Shown piece after piece: positions 9,327-18,699 of a stretch of 18,942 nt of DNA. Source of the stretch: Octopus sinensis (lineage: Eukaryota); the NCBI RefSeq assembly GCF_006345805.1, contig NW_021824398.1, positions 1-18,942 on the forward strand, read 5' to 3'. Made by a program: the position numbers and the translations under genes. The notes below the pieces were generated by a model. That model had not been told where the DNA came from and did not search any database. It worked only from the letters and a program-made list of their open reading frames with translations. Each line of letters begins with the position of its first letter. The stretch's first letter is position 1.

Positions 9327-9328
<2 letters not shown>

Positions 9329-9366
<38 letters not shown>

Positions 9367-9412
9367 GATAGATAGATAGATAGATAGATAGATGGATAGA
9401 TAGAAAGATAAA

Positions 9413-9465
<53 letters not shown>

Positions 9466-9580
9466 TGCATATATATGTGTGTGCGTGTGTGTATGTATAT
9501 ATGTATGTGTTTGAGCGAATATATGGTTTGAACATGTGCACGCGAACCACATATATGCATGTGTGTGTGTGTGTGTGTAA
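9329..9580. repeat. (TA)n,(GATA)n,(GA)n,(TG)n compound microsatellite
   Basis: Direct reading. Confidence 0.95.
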
Positions 9581-9704
9581 AAGGGGAGAGAAAGAGAGAG
9601 AGCATAGAATGAGGGATATCATCACACATGTGTTTCAAATATCGGTGGAAACTGAAGCATGCTAAGGCAAATGCGTACATGTTGATTGCTATAGCAGTAA
9701 TTAC

Positions 9705-9709
9705 TGTTG

Positions 9710-9751
<42 letters not shown>

Positions 9752-9792
9752 TATTATTATTTTTATTATTATTATTATTTTTTTTTATTATT
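9705..9792. repeat. (GTT)n/(ATT)n microsatellite
   Basis: Direct reading. Confidence 0.95.
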
Positions 9793-10105
9793 AGGATGTG
9801 GATTATGCACGAGTCGTCCAGTGTTGAGTGATATTGTATTCAGTAGAGACGGTTAAATTAATGATGCATTAGGTCTGGAGGTTCAGAAACCAGAGCGATA
9901 ATTTTGTGTGAAAAAATGTGATATCAAATTTAAGTTACTTGTTGTTGTTGCTGCTGTTGTTGTTATTATTATTATTATTATTATTGAGCGATGCTGTGGG
10001 TGTTGATCGGCGTTGATTCTCACGAGGCATATGGCCGCCGTTACGTTTGAAGAGTTAATGCTTAAGCACATAACAGAGATAAACATATACGCATACATAA
10101 ATGTT

Positions 10106-10106
<1 letters not shown>

Positions 10107-10196
<90 letters not shown>

Positions 10197-10552
10197 TATA
10201 TATATATACATATACATACATACATATACACAAATATGTGCAAAAAAAGTCTCTCAAACCCTCTCATGTATCTATGTGCGCACACAAATACACACACACA
10301 CACACACATATATTATAATAATATATATATATATATATAATATATATTCATATTCGTATGTATATGTATATCTATGTATGTTCATACATCTATTTATGTA
10401 AGTAGCGTTGAATAAAATATATTGATGTAGTTTTATGTTCATGCACATCCGGAATTATGCTCGTATATGCATACAGCACTCACACACAAATAAATACACA
10501 CATATACACACATATATAACTACATATATATATATATATATGTATGTATATA

Positions 10553-10584
<32 letters not shown>

Positions 10585-10690
10585 CATATATACCTATATA
10601 TTGATATAGATTAACATATATATGCAAATATATTTATTCATGTGAGCATGTGTGTGTGCGCATGCGTGTGAGAGAGTGGGCGTCTGTCTG
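10107..10690. repeat. (TA)n/(CA)n microsatellite-rich tract
   Basis: Direct reading. Confidence 0.9.
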
Positions 10691-10898
10691 CGTGTGTGTA
10701 CATGTCCATGTTTTTGCTTGCAATGCTCTTATCGTTTGACGTTGGTTTTGAAGCCATTGTTGTTGTTATTTTTGTCGTCGATGCAGTTGCTGCTGTTGCT
10801 GCTGTCGCTGCTGCTGTTGTCCTCAAAACTTTACAAGACGAAAAGTTGACTGAAAATTCGTTACACTTCATCAGAACATTATCCCAAAAAAGTCTTAC

Positions 10899-10935
10899 GA
10901 TACGCTTCTTTTTAACGTGAAATTGTTTTTGTATA
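10899..10935 (-). CDS. candidate 37-nt micro-exon
   Basis: Minus strand: poly-T tract then CCGTCAAACAG|TATACAAAAACAATTTCACGTTAAAAAGAAGCGTATC|GTAAGA. Confidence 0.3.
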
Positions 10936-11258
10936 CTGTTTGACGGAAAAAAAAAAACAAGCAATGATATACATAAATACATACATACATACATATATCT
11001 ATATATACATATACACAACAGTATCTCATGTGAGACAAAATATCAGATAGAGTGAAATTTTTAATATAGACATTGCCATCTTGGTTATACTTCGGTAAAT
11101 TAAATTTTATGTTACGAAATATATCCTGGGCATTCGTCGGATGAATGTGCAACGACTATATCACGTATACATTGTGTTATATAAAAAGTGTTATGCACAC
11201 ATTTACTCACACACACATACACACACACACACACGCGAGCACACACAGCTTTATTTGT

Positions 11259-11543
11259 AGGCGCAGCATAGACGAATGGTTGAGAAGGTTCCTTTGCAGC
11301 CACGTGTTGCGGTCTTCAAGTCTATTTCATGAAATCTTGGGCAAGTCACATTTTCTACAGTTTCGGTCGACCCATATATTATGAATAAAACTGGGTAGAC
11401 AGAAACTGTATAGGAGTCCGTCGAATAAATTGCACCTTTGATCGAAGGTGTCAGCCTTGACAGGCAATTTGTCACCTGATATTGAATGAGAATTAAGTTA
11501 AGGATACACATATCTGTAGAATACTCAGCCAGTTGAACTTAAA
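11259..11543 (+). mobile_element. old chimeric SINE: family A head/CORE-like part joined to tail type 1
   Basis: GGCGCAG...CTTGGGCAAGTCAC (CORE-like)...GGTAGACAGAAACTGTATAGGAGTCCGTCG, then TCAGCCTTGACA...TGAGAATTAAGTTAAGGATACACATATCTGTAGAATACTCAGCCA aligning to 8760-8860. Confidence 0.75.
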
Positions 11544-11670
11544 CGTAATTCAATAAAATGGGTATATTCGACATGGTGGATCGATATAAATTAATTTTCC
11601 TAGGTTTCCACCGGACAGAGTCAAACTTTTCCGACTGACAAAATGCGCCAGATCCGATGATAATTCCTCT

Positions 11671-11871
11671 GCCGGGCAAAATTCTTATCAGCATTTCGTC
11701 AATGCTTACTGTTTGAGTTCAAATTCCGCCAAGGTCGACTTTGCCTTTCATCCTTACGGAGGTCGATAAGCTAACTACCAGCTGAGTACTGGGGTTGATG
11801 TAATCGACTGAACCCAACCCCCCAACCCCACCCTTTACTTGCTTCCTTGTGCCTATAGTCAAAAGGATTAT
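11671..11871 (+). mobile_element. SINE family D, 5'-truncated
   Basis: GCCGGGCAAAA...GAGTTCAAATTCCGCCAAGGTCGACTTTGCCTTTCATCC...CCTTGTGCCTATAG. Confidence 0.9.
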
Positions 11872-12086
11872 CTAACCTAATTTTTATAGCAACCAAATCT
11901 ACTTCACATAACATTTAATTATCTTGAAAAATGAAGGACACATTTGATGGCAAATCAGCTGCATATTCTTCTCTAAAATATCCTGAATCCTATATTGGAA
12001 GATTCCCTCCCCCACGTACCTATAACGTAATATTACAAGCTTTAATGTACTAATTTTTTCTCTCTGAATATGCGTTGCAGAAATTA

Positions 12087-12641
12087 TTGGAAAGTTTGTG
12101 CCGATTTATAGTAGCTTACATTTCGACTTAATTTAGAACATGGTTGAGTCCATAAAATAGAATTTGACTACACCTCCATTTAGAGCACAGTTTAAGCTAT
12201 CTTTTCGTGGAGGGAGGTTTATGTTCCTATAGCCTGTGTTAATTCTGTATCCCTTTAAAATGAAAGATAAGAAAGCTCATTTTCGGCATTTGATGCTTTG
12301 GGAACCAGACAATAATTGCTGCAGCTCGGCTGGGGTGTGCTACCCCACCCTCCATATTCACCAGATATTGCTCCTTCGGATTCCCAATTATTCAGGTCTC
12401 TGCAGAAATAGTCTTAATGGTAAAAATTTCAATTCCTTGGATGACGTAAGATACCTTGATGAATTCTTTGCCATGAAACCATCTCAATTCTGGGAAGAGG
12501 GTACTTTTAAGTTAAAGGAAAGATGGAGACGCATTGTGCAACAAAATGGTTCATATTTAGTTGATTAAAAATGTAATGGCAAGTACTTATTGACCTTTAT
12601 CTTTCCTTTAAAATTCGACACGAACTTTCCGGACAACCCAA
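12087..12641 (+). mobile_element. internally deleted mariner (DD34D-type) transposon
   Basis: Right TIR AAATTCGACACGAACTTTCCGGACAACCCAA; left TIR TA|TTGG[del]AAAGTTTGTGCCGATTT; transposase remnants between them. Confidence 0.93.
12260..12568 (+). pseudogene. mariner transposase pseudogene (N-terminal 15 aa fused to the C-terminal ~88 aa)
   Basis: MKDKKAHFRHLMLWE, then a shifted frame TRQ*LLQLGWGVLPHPPYSPDIAPSDSQLFRSLQ (mariner YSPDLAP motif), then a frameshift to NSLNGKNFNS...KLKERWRRIVQQNGSYLVD*. Confidence 0.93.
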
Positions 12642-13010
12642 AAGTATATGTCTGAAATGGTCTTGCGTCTTTTATGCCGTTAAATACAGTATGTAATAAA
12701 GTTCTAGATGTACACTGTCTTCAGAAAGGAAAGACCAAAAAAAAAAAAAAAAAGAAAAAAAAGAAAAGAAAAATACAAAACCAAAAATAATAAGGTGCAT
12801 TTAGTCACTGTGTGAATGCTTTTGAACAGAACTCTATTCCATTATGACTGAGCACATGCTAAACCACCCCAACCACATTTGCAGCGATCTGCATGGACAG
12901 ACGAAGAAATAAATTCATAGAAAAGTACAAAGCCACAATTTATTACAGCTTCGTCATTGACGTGTTCAGTGAGACGGACATGTACAGAGTATAAAAGCCG
13001 AAGAACTCAC

Positions 13011-13048
13011 TTGGAAAATTCTCTGTTCTTCAGTTGGATACCTAACAT
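13011..13048 (-). CDS. candidate 38-nt micro-exon
   Basis: Minus strand: GTTTCTTATTCTTAG|ATGTTAGGTATCCAACTGAAGAACAGAGAATTTTCCAA|GTGAGT; two frames open. Confidence 0.4.
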
Positions 13049-13189
13049 CTAAGAATAAGAAACTATCCGTTATATTACACCAACGTATACTAAAAACACC
13101 AATAAATGTCTCAGTATATGCATGTTGAGCGAGATGACATCATTGGTGTACAAAATGTTATATACAGTCCAGTGAAGGAATATCGTTGT

Positions 13190-13290
13190 GGCTGTTATTT
13201 CTATCGGGTCATTCATTCGACATGGTAGAAATAGCAGCAACATCTCCCTGAAATCACACTCTATTGTCTCTAAAATTGAAGATCATATAT
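13190..13290. repeat. short interspersed repeat with a 20-bp imperfect inverted repeat
   Basis: GCTGTTATTTCTATCGGGTC / GACATGGTAGAAATAGCAGC; related TAGAAATAGCAGCCAAATCT-like motifs at ~3490-3525, ~11885-11950 and in the arms of 6552-6935. Confidence 0.6.
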
Positions 13291-13319
13291 TATTATATAA
13301 ATTTAGATACCCTCTTTTT

Positions 13320-13320
13320 A

Positions 13321-13385
<65 letters not shown>
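13320..13385. repeat. (ATT)n microsatellite
   Basis: Direct reading. Confidence 0.97.
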
Positions 13386-13387
<2 letters not shown>

Positions 13388-13726
13388 TACCTCTGCCTTA
13401 GTGAAGGCGAAGGTATGTTTATTTGTCTGTGGACAAGAGATCTCAAGAACCGCTGGATGGATTCGGATGAAACTTGCCTTTGTGACTGGCACAAATGGAT
13501 TAGATTTAGGGATCGATCGAGTTTAAGACTAGGATTCTGGATTATTTTTCTGTTTTCCTTTTACTTAATTTTTGAGAGCGGCCGGGTTCATTTTTAGTAT
13601 TATCGTTTGTGAGAGCAGTCGAGTTTATTTAAAGATATTTTCATTTTAAAAATCATCTCAGGCTAATCGTTGAGAGGTCGTTGCTGTTGCCTTGGTGGAG
13701 GTTTGCGCTCTCTGAGTGCTCTTGTT
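13385..13726 (+). mobile_element. complete Helentron-associated non-autonomous element (HINE/DINE-1 type)
   Basis: 5' subTIR TACCTCTGCCTT with adjacent inverted copy AAGGCGAAGGTA (13404-13415), short GTTT/GTCT tract, 3' subTIR TTGGTGGAGGT, terminal stem-loop GCGCTC-TCT-GAGTGC (13705-13719), T-rich ends. Confidence 0.85.
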
Positions 13727-13739
13727 ATAAATGTTTTTA

Positions 13740-13903
13740 AGCGGCGAGCTGGCTGAATCGTTAGCACACCGGGCAAAATGCTTAGCGGCATTTCATCTAT
13801 CTTTACCTTTCCACTTTATATTCCACAGTGGTCGACTTTGCCTTTCAACCTTTCGGGGTCGATAAAATAGATACTAGTCAAGTACTGAGGTCGATGTTAC
13901 CTA
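13740..13903 (+). mobile_element. SINE family D, tail missing
   Basis: GCGGCGAGCTGGCTGAATCGTTAGCACACCGGGCAAAATGC...GTCGACTTTGCCTTTCAACCTTTCGGGGTCGATAAAA. Confidence 0.92.
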
Positions 13904-14213
13904 CCTCGGGAGAATTTGAACTCAGAACGTAGCGGCTAACGAGATACCTATTTCTTTACTACCCACAAGGGGTTAAACACAGAGGGGACAAACAAGAACA
14001 GACAAACGAATTAAGTCGATTAGATCGACCCCAGTGCGTAACTGGTTCTTATTTAATCGACCCCAGTGCGTAACTGGTACTTTTTTAATCGACCCCGAAA
14101 GGATGAAAGGCAAAGTCGACCTCGGCGGAATTCGAAATCAGAACATAACGGCAGACGAAATACGGCTACGCATTTCGCCCGGCTTGCTAACGTTTCTGCC
14201 AGCTCGCCGCCTT
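13904..14213 (-). mobile_element. SINE family D with an alternative tail, a 32-bp internal duplication and a partial second unit
   Basis: Head at 14213; ATCGACCCC at 14024, 14056 and 14088; tail TTTGTCTGTTCTTGTTTGTCCCCTCTGTGTTTAACCCCTTGTGGGTAGTAAAGAAATAG; 13904-13946 repeats the internal B-box segment. Confidence 0.92.
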
Positions 14214-14332
14214 CAGCAGTTGCCTAAATATGCCATCGAGGTTAATCCCTTCAATAGCAATATGTTACGCAATATCACCATAAAAAGAAATATTGCCGTA
14301 AGATAAATACAAACAATCTCCCTGCTATATAA

Positions 14333-14562
14333 TCTATTATTTAAAATTCTTTGTGTGTGTCTGTGTGTGTGTTTTCTAGGATCTCAAGCATCCTCCATCC
14401 GATTGCACTCAAATTTGATATGTAGATACCGACGGTATCAGGGCGTGTATAAGTCTTGAAAAAATTACAAAAATCGATTCCAGGTGTGAATGCGATCGAT
14501 AAAACCGTTTTTGTCCTACTTTTCTTCCGTGAACCTGCTTCGAAAAGCTGATGCTCAACTAA
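14333..14562 (+). mobile_element. non-autonomous Helitron-like element (230 bp)
   Basis: A|TC start, (TG)-rich 5' segment, subterminal hairpin GCTT-CGAA-AAGC, CTAA|T end (CTRR, AT target). Confidence 0.6.
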
Positions 14563-14583
14563 TAATAAATTTATTTTTATATA

Positions 14584-14735
14584 CATTCTACTATAGGAAG
14601 AAGGCTTGGAATTAGGGGAAGGATGTAAATCGATTACATCGATCCCAGTGTGCAATTGGTACTTCTTTCATCGAATCTGAAAGGATGAATGGCAAAGCTG
14701 ACCTCGTCGAAATTTGAAATTTGAACGTAACGAAG
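14584..14735 (-). mobile_element. SINE family D, 5'-truncated
   Basis: CGATTACATCGATCCCAGTG..GGTAC..AAAGGATGAATGGCAAAG..GACCTCGTCGAAATTTGAA. Confidence 0.88.
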
Positions 14736-14784
14736 GTCGATAAGTTTATATTTATATGAAGACTCAATAAAGCGCTCGGTGATA

Positions 14785-15181
14785 TCTTTATATATAAAAG
14801 TGAAGTTGTGTGTCTGTCTCCTACGATTTAGATTCCTAACTACTCCCACATTTTGCGGTGCAGTGTAACCGAAGGCGGGTATCTTATAGTCGTGATTCAT
14901 ATTCGAACCCTTCTGGGTATTAGCGCACGTCTACGATGAGTCTACGATTTTAAAAATAATTTACCATCATTTTTTCCATTTTAATGCATTTTTTCGCTAT
15001 TATATAAGGGAGGTAACTCTCTAAAAATGTCTACGATGAGTCAACGATTTAAAAAAAAAATTAACGTCATTTTTTTTCAATTTTTAATGCATTTTTTGCT
15101 ATTTTTTGGCTATAACTCACTAAAAATGCTTATATAGTTATTTCCCTTACAAACCCGAGCAACGCCGGGCGATACTGCTAG
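14785..15181 (+). mobile_element. non-autonomous Helitron (397 bp), intact ends, internal 2 x ~100-bp tandem repeat
   Basis: A|TCTTTATATATAAAAG start; hairpin CCCGAGCAACGCCGGG (15154-15169); CTAG|T end; no TSD; repeat units 14929-15028 and 15029-15127. Confidence 0.92.
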
Positions 15182-15489
15182 TTAGTAAATACAGATATGA
15201 CATTGTGAAAAAAAAAAAAGCTAGGATTTTTAAGCAAATAGATCGGCTAATGTAAACTTATAGATACAATCTATAAATGGAACGGTAAAAAAATTCAAGA
15301 TTTGTTCAACATGGAACAGTTACTGTTGTTTGCATTAAATTCTAGCGACGGTAAAAGACCCACTCCTTCTCTCTACAAAGAGCTCTACACTACAGAACAA
15401 AATACGAAAACATAGAGATATTACATACATTAAAACGTATATGAATTAACGTATCTCTGTACACTATTGTAGTGTTCAAATGTAAACAG

Positions 15490-15696
<207 letters not shown>

Positions 15697-15700
15697 TCAC

Positions 15701-15726
15701 AAACATTCCAGTTGTGTTTCGTGTTC
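15701..15726 (-). CDS. candidate 26-nt micro-exon
   Basis: Minus strand: CTGTTTTCGTTCAG|GAACACGAAACACAACTGGAATGTTT|GTGAGT; all three frames open. Confidence 0.35.
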
Positions 15727-15819
15727 CTGAACGAAAACAGTTCAACAAATCTTTTGTTTTCTCCTTATAACTTTATTCTGGTTGAGGTTGTTGCTTCATT
15801 TTCTTCTTCGTCTTCTTCT

Positions 15820-15821
<2 letters not shown>

Positions 15822-15890
<69 letters not shown>

Positions 15891-15892
15891 TA
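15822..15892. repeat. (ATT)n microsatellite
   Basis: Direct reading. Confidence 0.97.
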
Positions 15893-16044
15893 TCATCATT
15901 GTTATTCGTTGCTGTAGCTGCCATAATTGTTTCTAAGTTTCAGATTATTCCTCAATCAATCAAATTCTCACTGAGACATCAGTTCCCCAGCTGAGCTCCT
16001 CAGACATTTTTTTTTACTATCTCACGTCTTCAAAGAGATTAGCA

Positions 16045-16500
16045 CACACAAACACACACACACACACGCGCGCGCGCACCCACACATCTATGACCATACA
16101 TTCACACCTACTCAAACACACATACACGTATATATATATACAAAGAGATATGTGTACGCGTGTGTGTGTGTGTGTTTCTATATGTACATATATATATGTG
16201 TGTGTGTGTGTGTGTATTTATATACATATGTATATAAAAAAATATATATATACTATATATATATATATATATATACACACACATACACAAATATGTATAT
16301 GGATATCATATAATATATATAATATATATATATATATTATATTATATATATTATATATATACATACAGACACATATATATATACATGAGAAAGCACACAT
16401 ACACACATGTATATGCATATATATATATATAAACATATATATGTATATATATTATATAAGCACATACACATATGAGAAAAGATACACATATATACACTGT
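16045..16500. repeat. (CA)n,(CG)n,(TA)n,(TG)n compound microsatellite
   Basis: Direct reading. Confidence 0.92.
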
Positions 16501-16919
16501 AAACATACTTCTTCGTAGCAGTATTATAATACTACATATACTTTCTAATAATATAATAATACAGGGAAGACAAAACAACAAAACAAAAAATTATAAATAA
16601 AAAAAACAAAATGAACGATGAACATCCATCCCCATCTACTACTCTAACCTATGAAAAACAAAACAAACAAAAACAACCCCCCCCCATCCTTAGTAATCAC
16701 CTCATATAATCTGGGTATATATATATACAATGATATGAGTCTCGCTACTGGTTGCTTTGACAGTCAACATATCTGGATAAAACCACAGGCCGCAGGAATC
16801 TTTGTAGAGATTACGTGTTCAATACTTCACACACGCACCCACACACTCACATAAACAAACATGCACAAAAACACAAAAATGGAGGCATACAAACAGTTAC
16901 AAGCACAAAAATAGAAATA

Positions 16920-16941
16920 TGTACACACACACATAACCTAC

Positions 16942-16982
<41 letters not shown>

Positions 16983-16996
16983 CACACACAAACACA

Positions 16997-17028
<32 letters not shown>

Positions 17029-17096
17029 TATACATACATATATATATATATAAATATATGTATATATATAATATATATATATATAATATATATATA
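16920..17096. repeat. (TA)n/(CA)n microsatellite
   Basis: Direct reading. Confidence 0.95.
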
Positions 17097-17311
17097 ACGG
17101 GAAGCTTTATGAAAATAAACAAAAGACGAAGGCAGGTGGAAAACAAACGAACATTGTATTAGTATGGCGCTCAGGAAATAAAAATAAAACAAGTCTTTAA
17201 CGTTTCGAGCCTACGCTCTTCAACAGAAAGATACACATGAGAGAAGAAAAAACACAGAAAGAAGGAGAGAAAAAAAATGCGTGCAGTAGCTAACGAATCA
17301 ACATGGCGATC
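17097..17311 (-). mobile_element. Penelope-like retroelement pseudo-LTR fragment inserted in (TA)n
   Basis: 215-bp complex island between (TA)n tracts, carrying a minimal hammerhead motif of the type described in Penelope-like element pLTRs. Confidence 0.7.
17194..17231 (-). ncRNA. minimal type I hammerhead ribozyme motif (variant core)
   Basis: Minus strand UCUUU CUGUUGA A GAGC GUAG GCUC GAA AC GU U AAAGA: stem I UCUUU/AAAGA, stem II GAGC/GCUC, palindromic loop-less stem III ACGU, cleavage triplet GUU; core has U at the conserved A6 position. Confidence 0.7.
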
Positions 17312-17391
17312 TATATACATATATATATACACGCACACAGAAATATATATTTGTTTGTGGGTTGTGTGCATACTCACGTATTGGATGTCTA

Positions 17392-17434
<43 letters not shown>

Positions 17435-17665
17435 ATGTATGTATACATATATGTGCGTATGAACATGTATAAAATTATTTTTATATGTGTATATATACAG
17501 GTACAAGTGTTAATCTTAAATAACGAATATATGTATTCACTTGTATATACGTATGCATACGCGCACACACATGTACGTGTGCATGTATGTATGTGTGTGC
17601 GCGTGTGCGCCAGTGTGTGTTTGTGTTTGTGTGTGTGTGTGTGTGTGCGTGTGTGTGTGTTTTGT
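17312..17665. repeat. (TA)n/(TG)n microsatellite-rich tract
   Basis: Direct reading. Confidence 0.9.
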
Positions 17666-17842
17666 GTTTTCCACAATGTAATCTTGGTGAAAAAATACTT
17701 AAGCAGTTACGAAGAAATTATTGCTGTTATCAATCTAACTCCGATAGCTTGGAATTTATGTAGTCAAACTGAAAGAATTCTTGGGGTGAAAATTATCGCA
17801 GGAAATTTTTACAAATTACTACACAATTACAGTCAATAATAT

Positions 17843-18049
17843 TAATATTGTTTTCAAATTTTGGCATATGTCCAGCAACCTCGGTGGGTAAGTCGACTAC
17901 ATGAACCTCAGTGCGCAACTGGTACTTACTTTATTGATCCTGAGAAGTTGAGAGACAAAGTCGCCCTCGGCGTAATTTGAACTAGGGATTCTAAAAATGC
18001 TGCGAGGCATTTTGTCCGACTTGCTAAAGAATCTATCAAACTGTCGCTT
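17843..18049 (-). mobile_element. SINE family D (array copy 1)
   Basis: TTTCAAATTTTGGCA tail, ACTGGTACTTACTTTATTGATCC core, decayed head. Confidence 0.85.
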
Positions 18050-18065
18050 AAATAAGGAGTATAAC

Positions 18066-18249
18066 AATATTTCGAATTTTTGCTAACTACAAGAGCAGCT
18101 TGGAGGAGGTTGGGATGAGTCGATTAAATCGACCCAAGTGTTCAACTCCTACTTATTTTATCTGCCCCGAAAAGGGGAAACGTAACGGCAGACGAAATAC
18201 GGCTAGGCATTTCGCCCTGCGTGCTAACGATTCTGCCATCTCGCCGCCA
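18066..18249 (-). mobile_element. SINE family D (array copy 2) with an internal deletion
   Basis: Well-preserved head (CGTAACGGCAGACGAAATACGGCTAGGCATTTCGCCC, as at 14155-14190); B-box/core start missing at ~18180. Confidence 0.88.
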
Positions 18250-18259
18250 TATAAAGAGT

Positions 18260-18487
18260 AATAATAATGACTTCAAATATTGGCACAAAGAAAGTAAGCA
18301 ATTTTGGGCGCAGGTATTAGTCAATTCTATTGACCCCAATATTCAATTGATGGTTGTTTTATCGACCCCGAAAAAATGATGGGCAAAGTCGACTTCAGTA
18401 GCATTTAAACTCAGAATGTGAAGATGAACAAAATGCCGCTAATGCATTTTTTCCCCTCGCACTCAAGATTCTGCTAGTTCGTCGCCT
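18260..18487 (-). mobile_element. SINE family D (array copy 3)
   Basis: TTCAAATATTGGCACAA tail, TTTTATCGACCCCGAAA..GGCAAAGTCGAC core, head ending GTCGCCT. Confidence 0.88.
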
Positions 18488-18490
18488 CGT

Positions 18491-18692
18491 GATAACGGTT
18501 TCAAATTCTGTCACAAGGGGGAAATCGATGTTATCGACCCAAAATTTGACTAGTGCTTATATTATCGACCCCGAAATGATGAAGGGCAAAATCGACTTCG
18601 GCGTGTTTTTTTTCAGCTCAAAACGTAGAGACGGACGAAATGACGCAAAATATTTTGTCCAGCGTACGTTCGATTCTGCCACACCACCGTCT
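18491..18692 (-). mobile_element. SINE family D (array copy 4)
   Basis: GGTTTCAAATTCTGTCACAAGG tail, ATCGACCCCGAAATGATGAAGGGCAAAATCGAC core, CGATTCTGCCA head. Confidence 0.88.
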
Positions 18693-18699
18693 AGTAATA

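Noticed and set aside
10024-10060. Further 37-nt minus-strand micro-exon ([12 protein letters not shown])
   Set aside because: AAG acceptor, and its only open phase does not fit the open three-exon frame.
10845-10880. Minus-strand CTGATGA hammerhead-like core
   Set aside because: Only a 2-bp stem II, GAAT instead of GAAA, and no stem I or III.
12950-13035. Pol II promoter (TGACG half-sites, TATAAAAG at 12990, TCAGTT at 13030)
   Set aside because: TATA-to-Inr spacing of about 42 bp is too long, and such motifs are common by chance in AT-rich DNA.
14024-14096. CRISPR-like repeat array
   Set aside because: The spacers are near-identical and the context is a eukaryotic SINE; it is a simple tandem duplication.
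14929-14945. CTACGATGAG as a hammerhead core
   Set aside because: Does not match CUGANGA, and there is no stem II or GAAA.
15324-15389. Minus-strand exon candidate with a strong acceptor
   Set aside because: All frames from the strong acceptor contain stops; only a weaker internal AG gives an open frame, and the GTAACT donor is modest.
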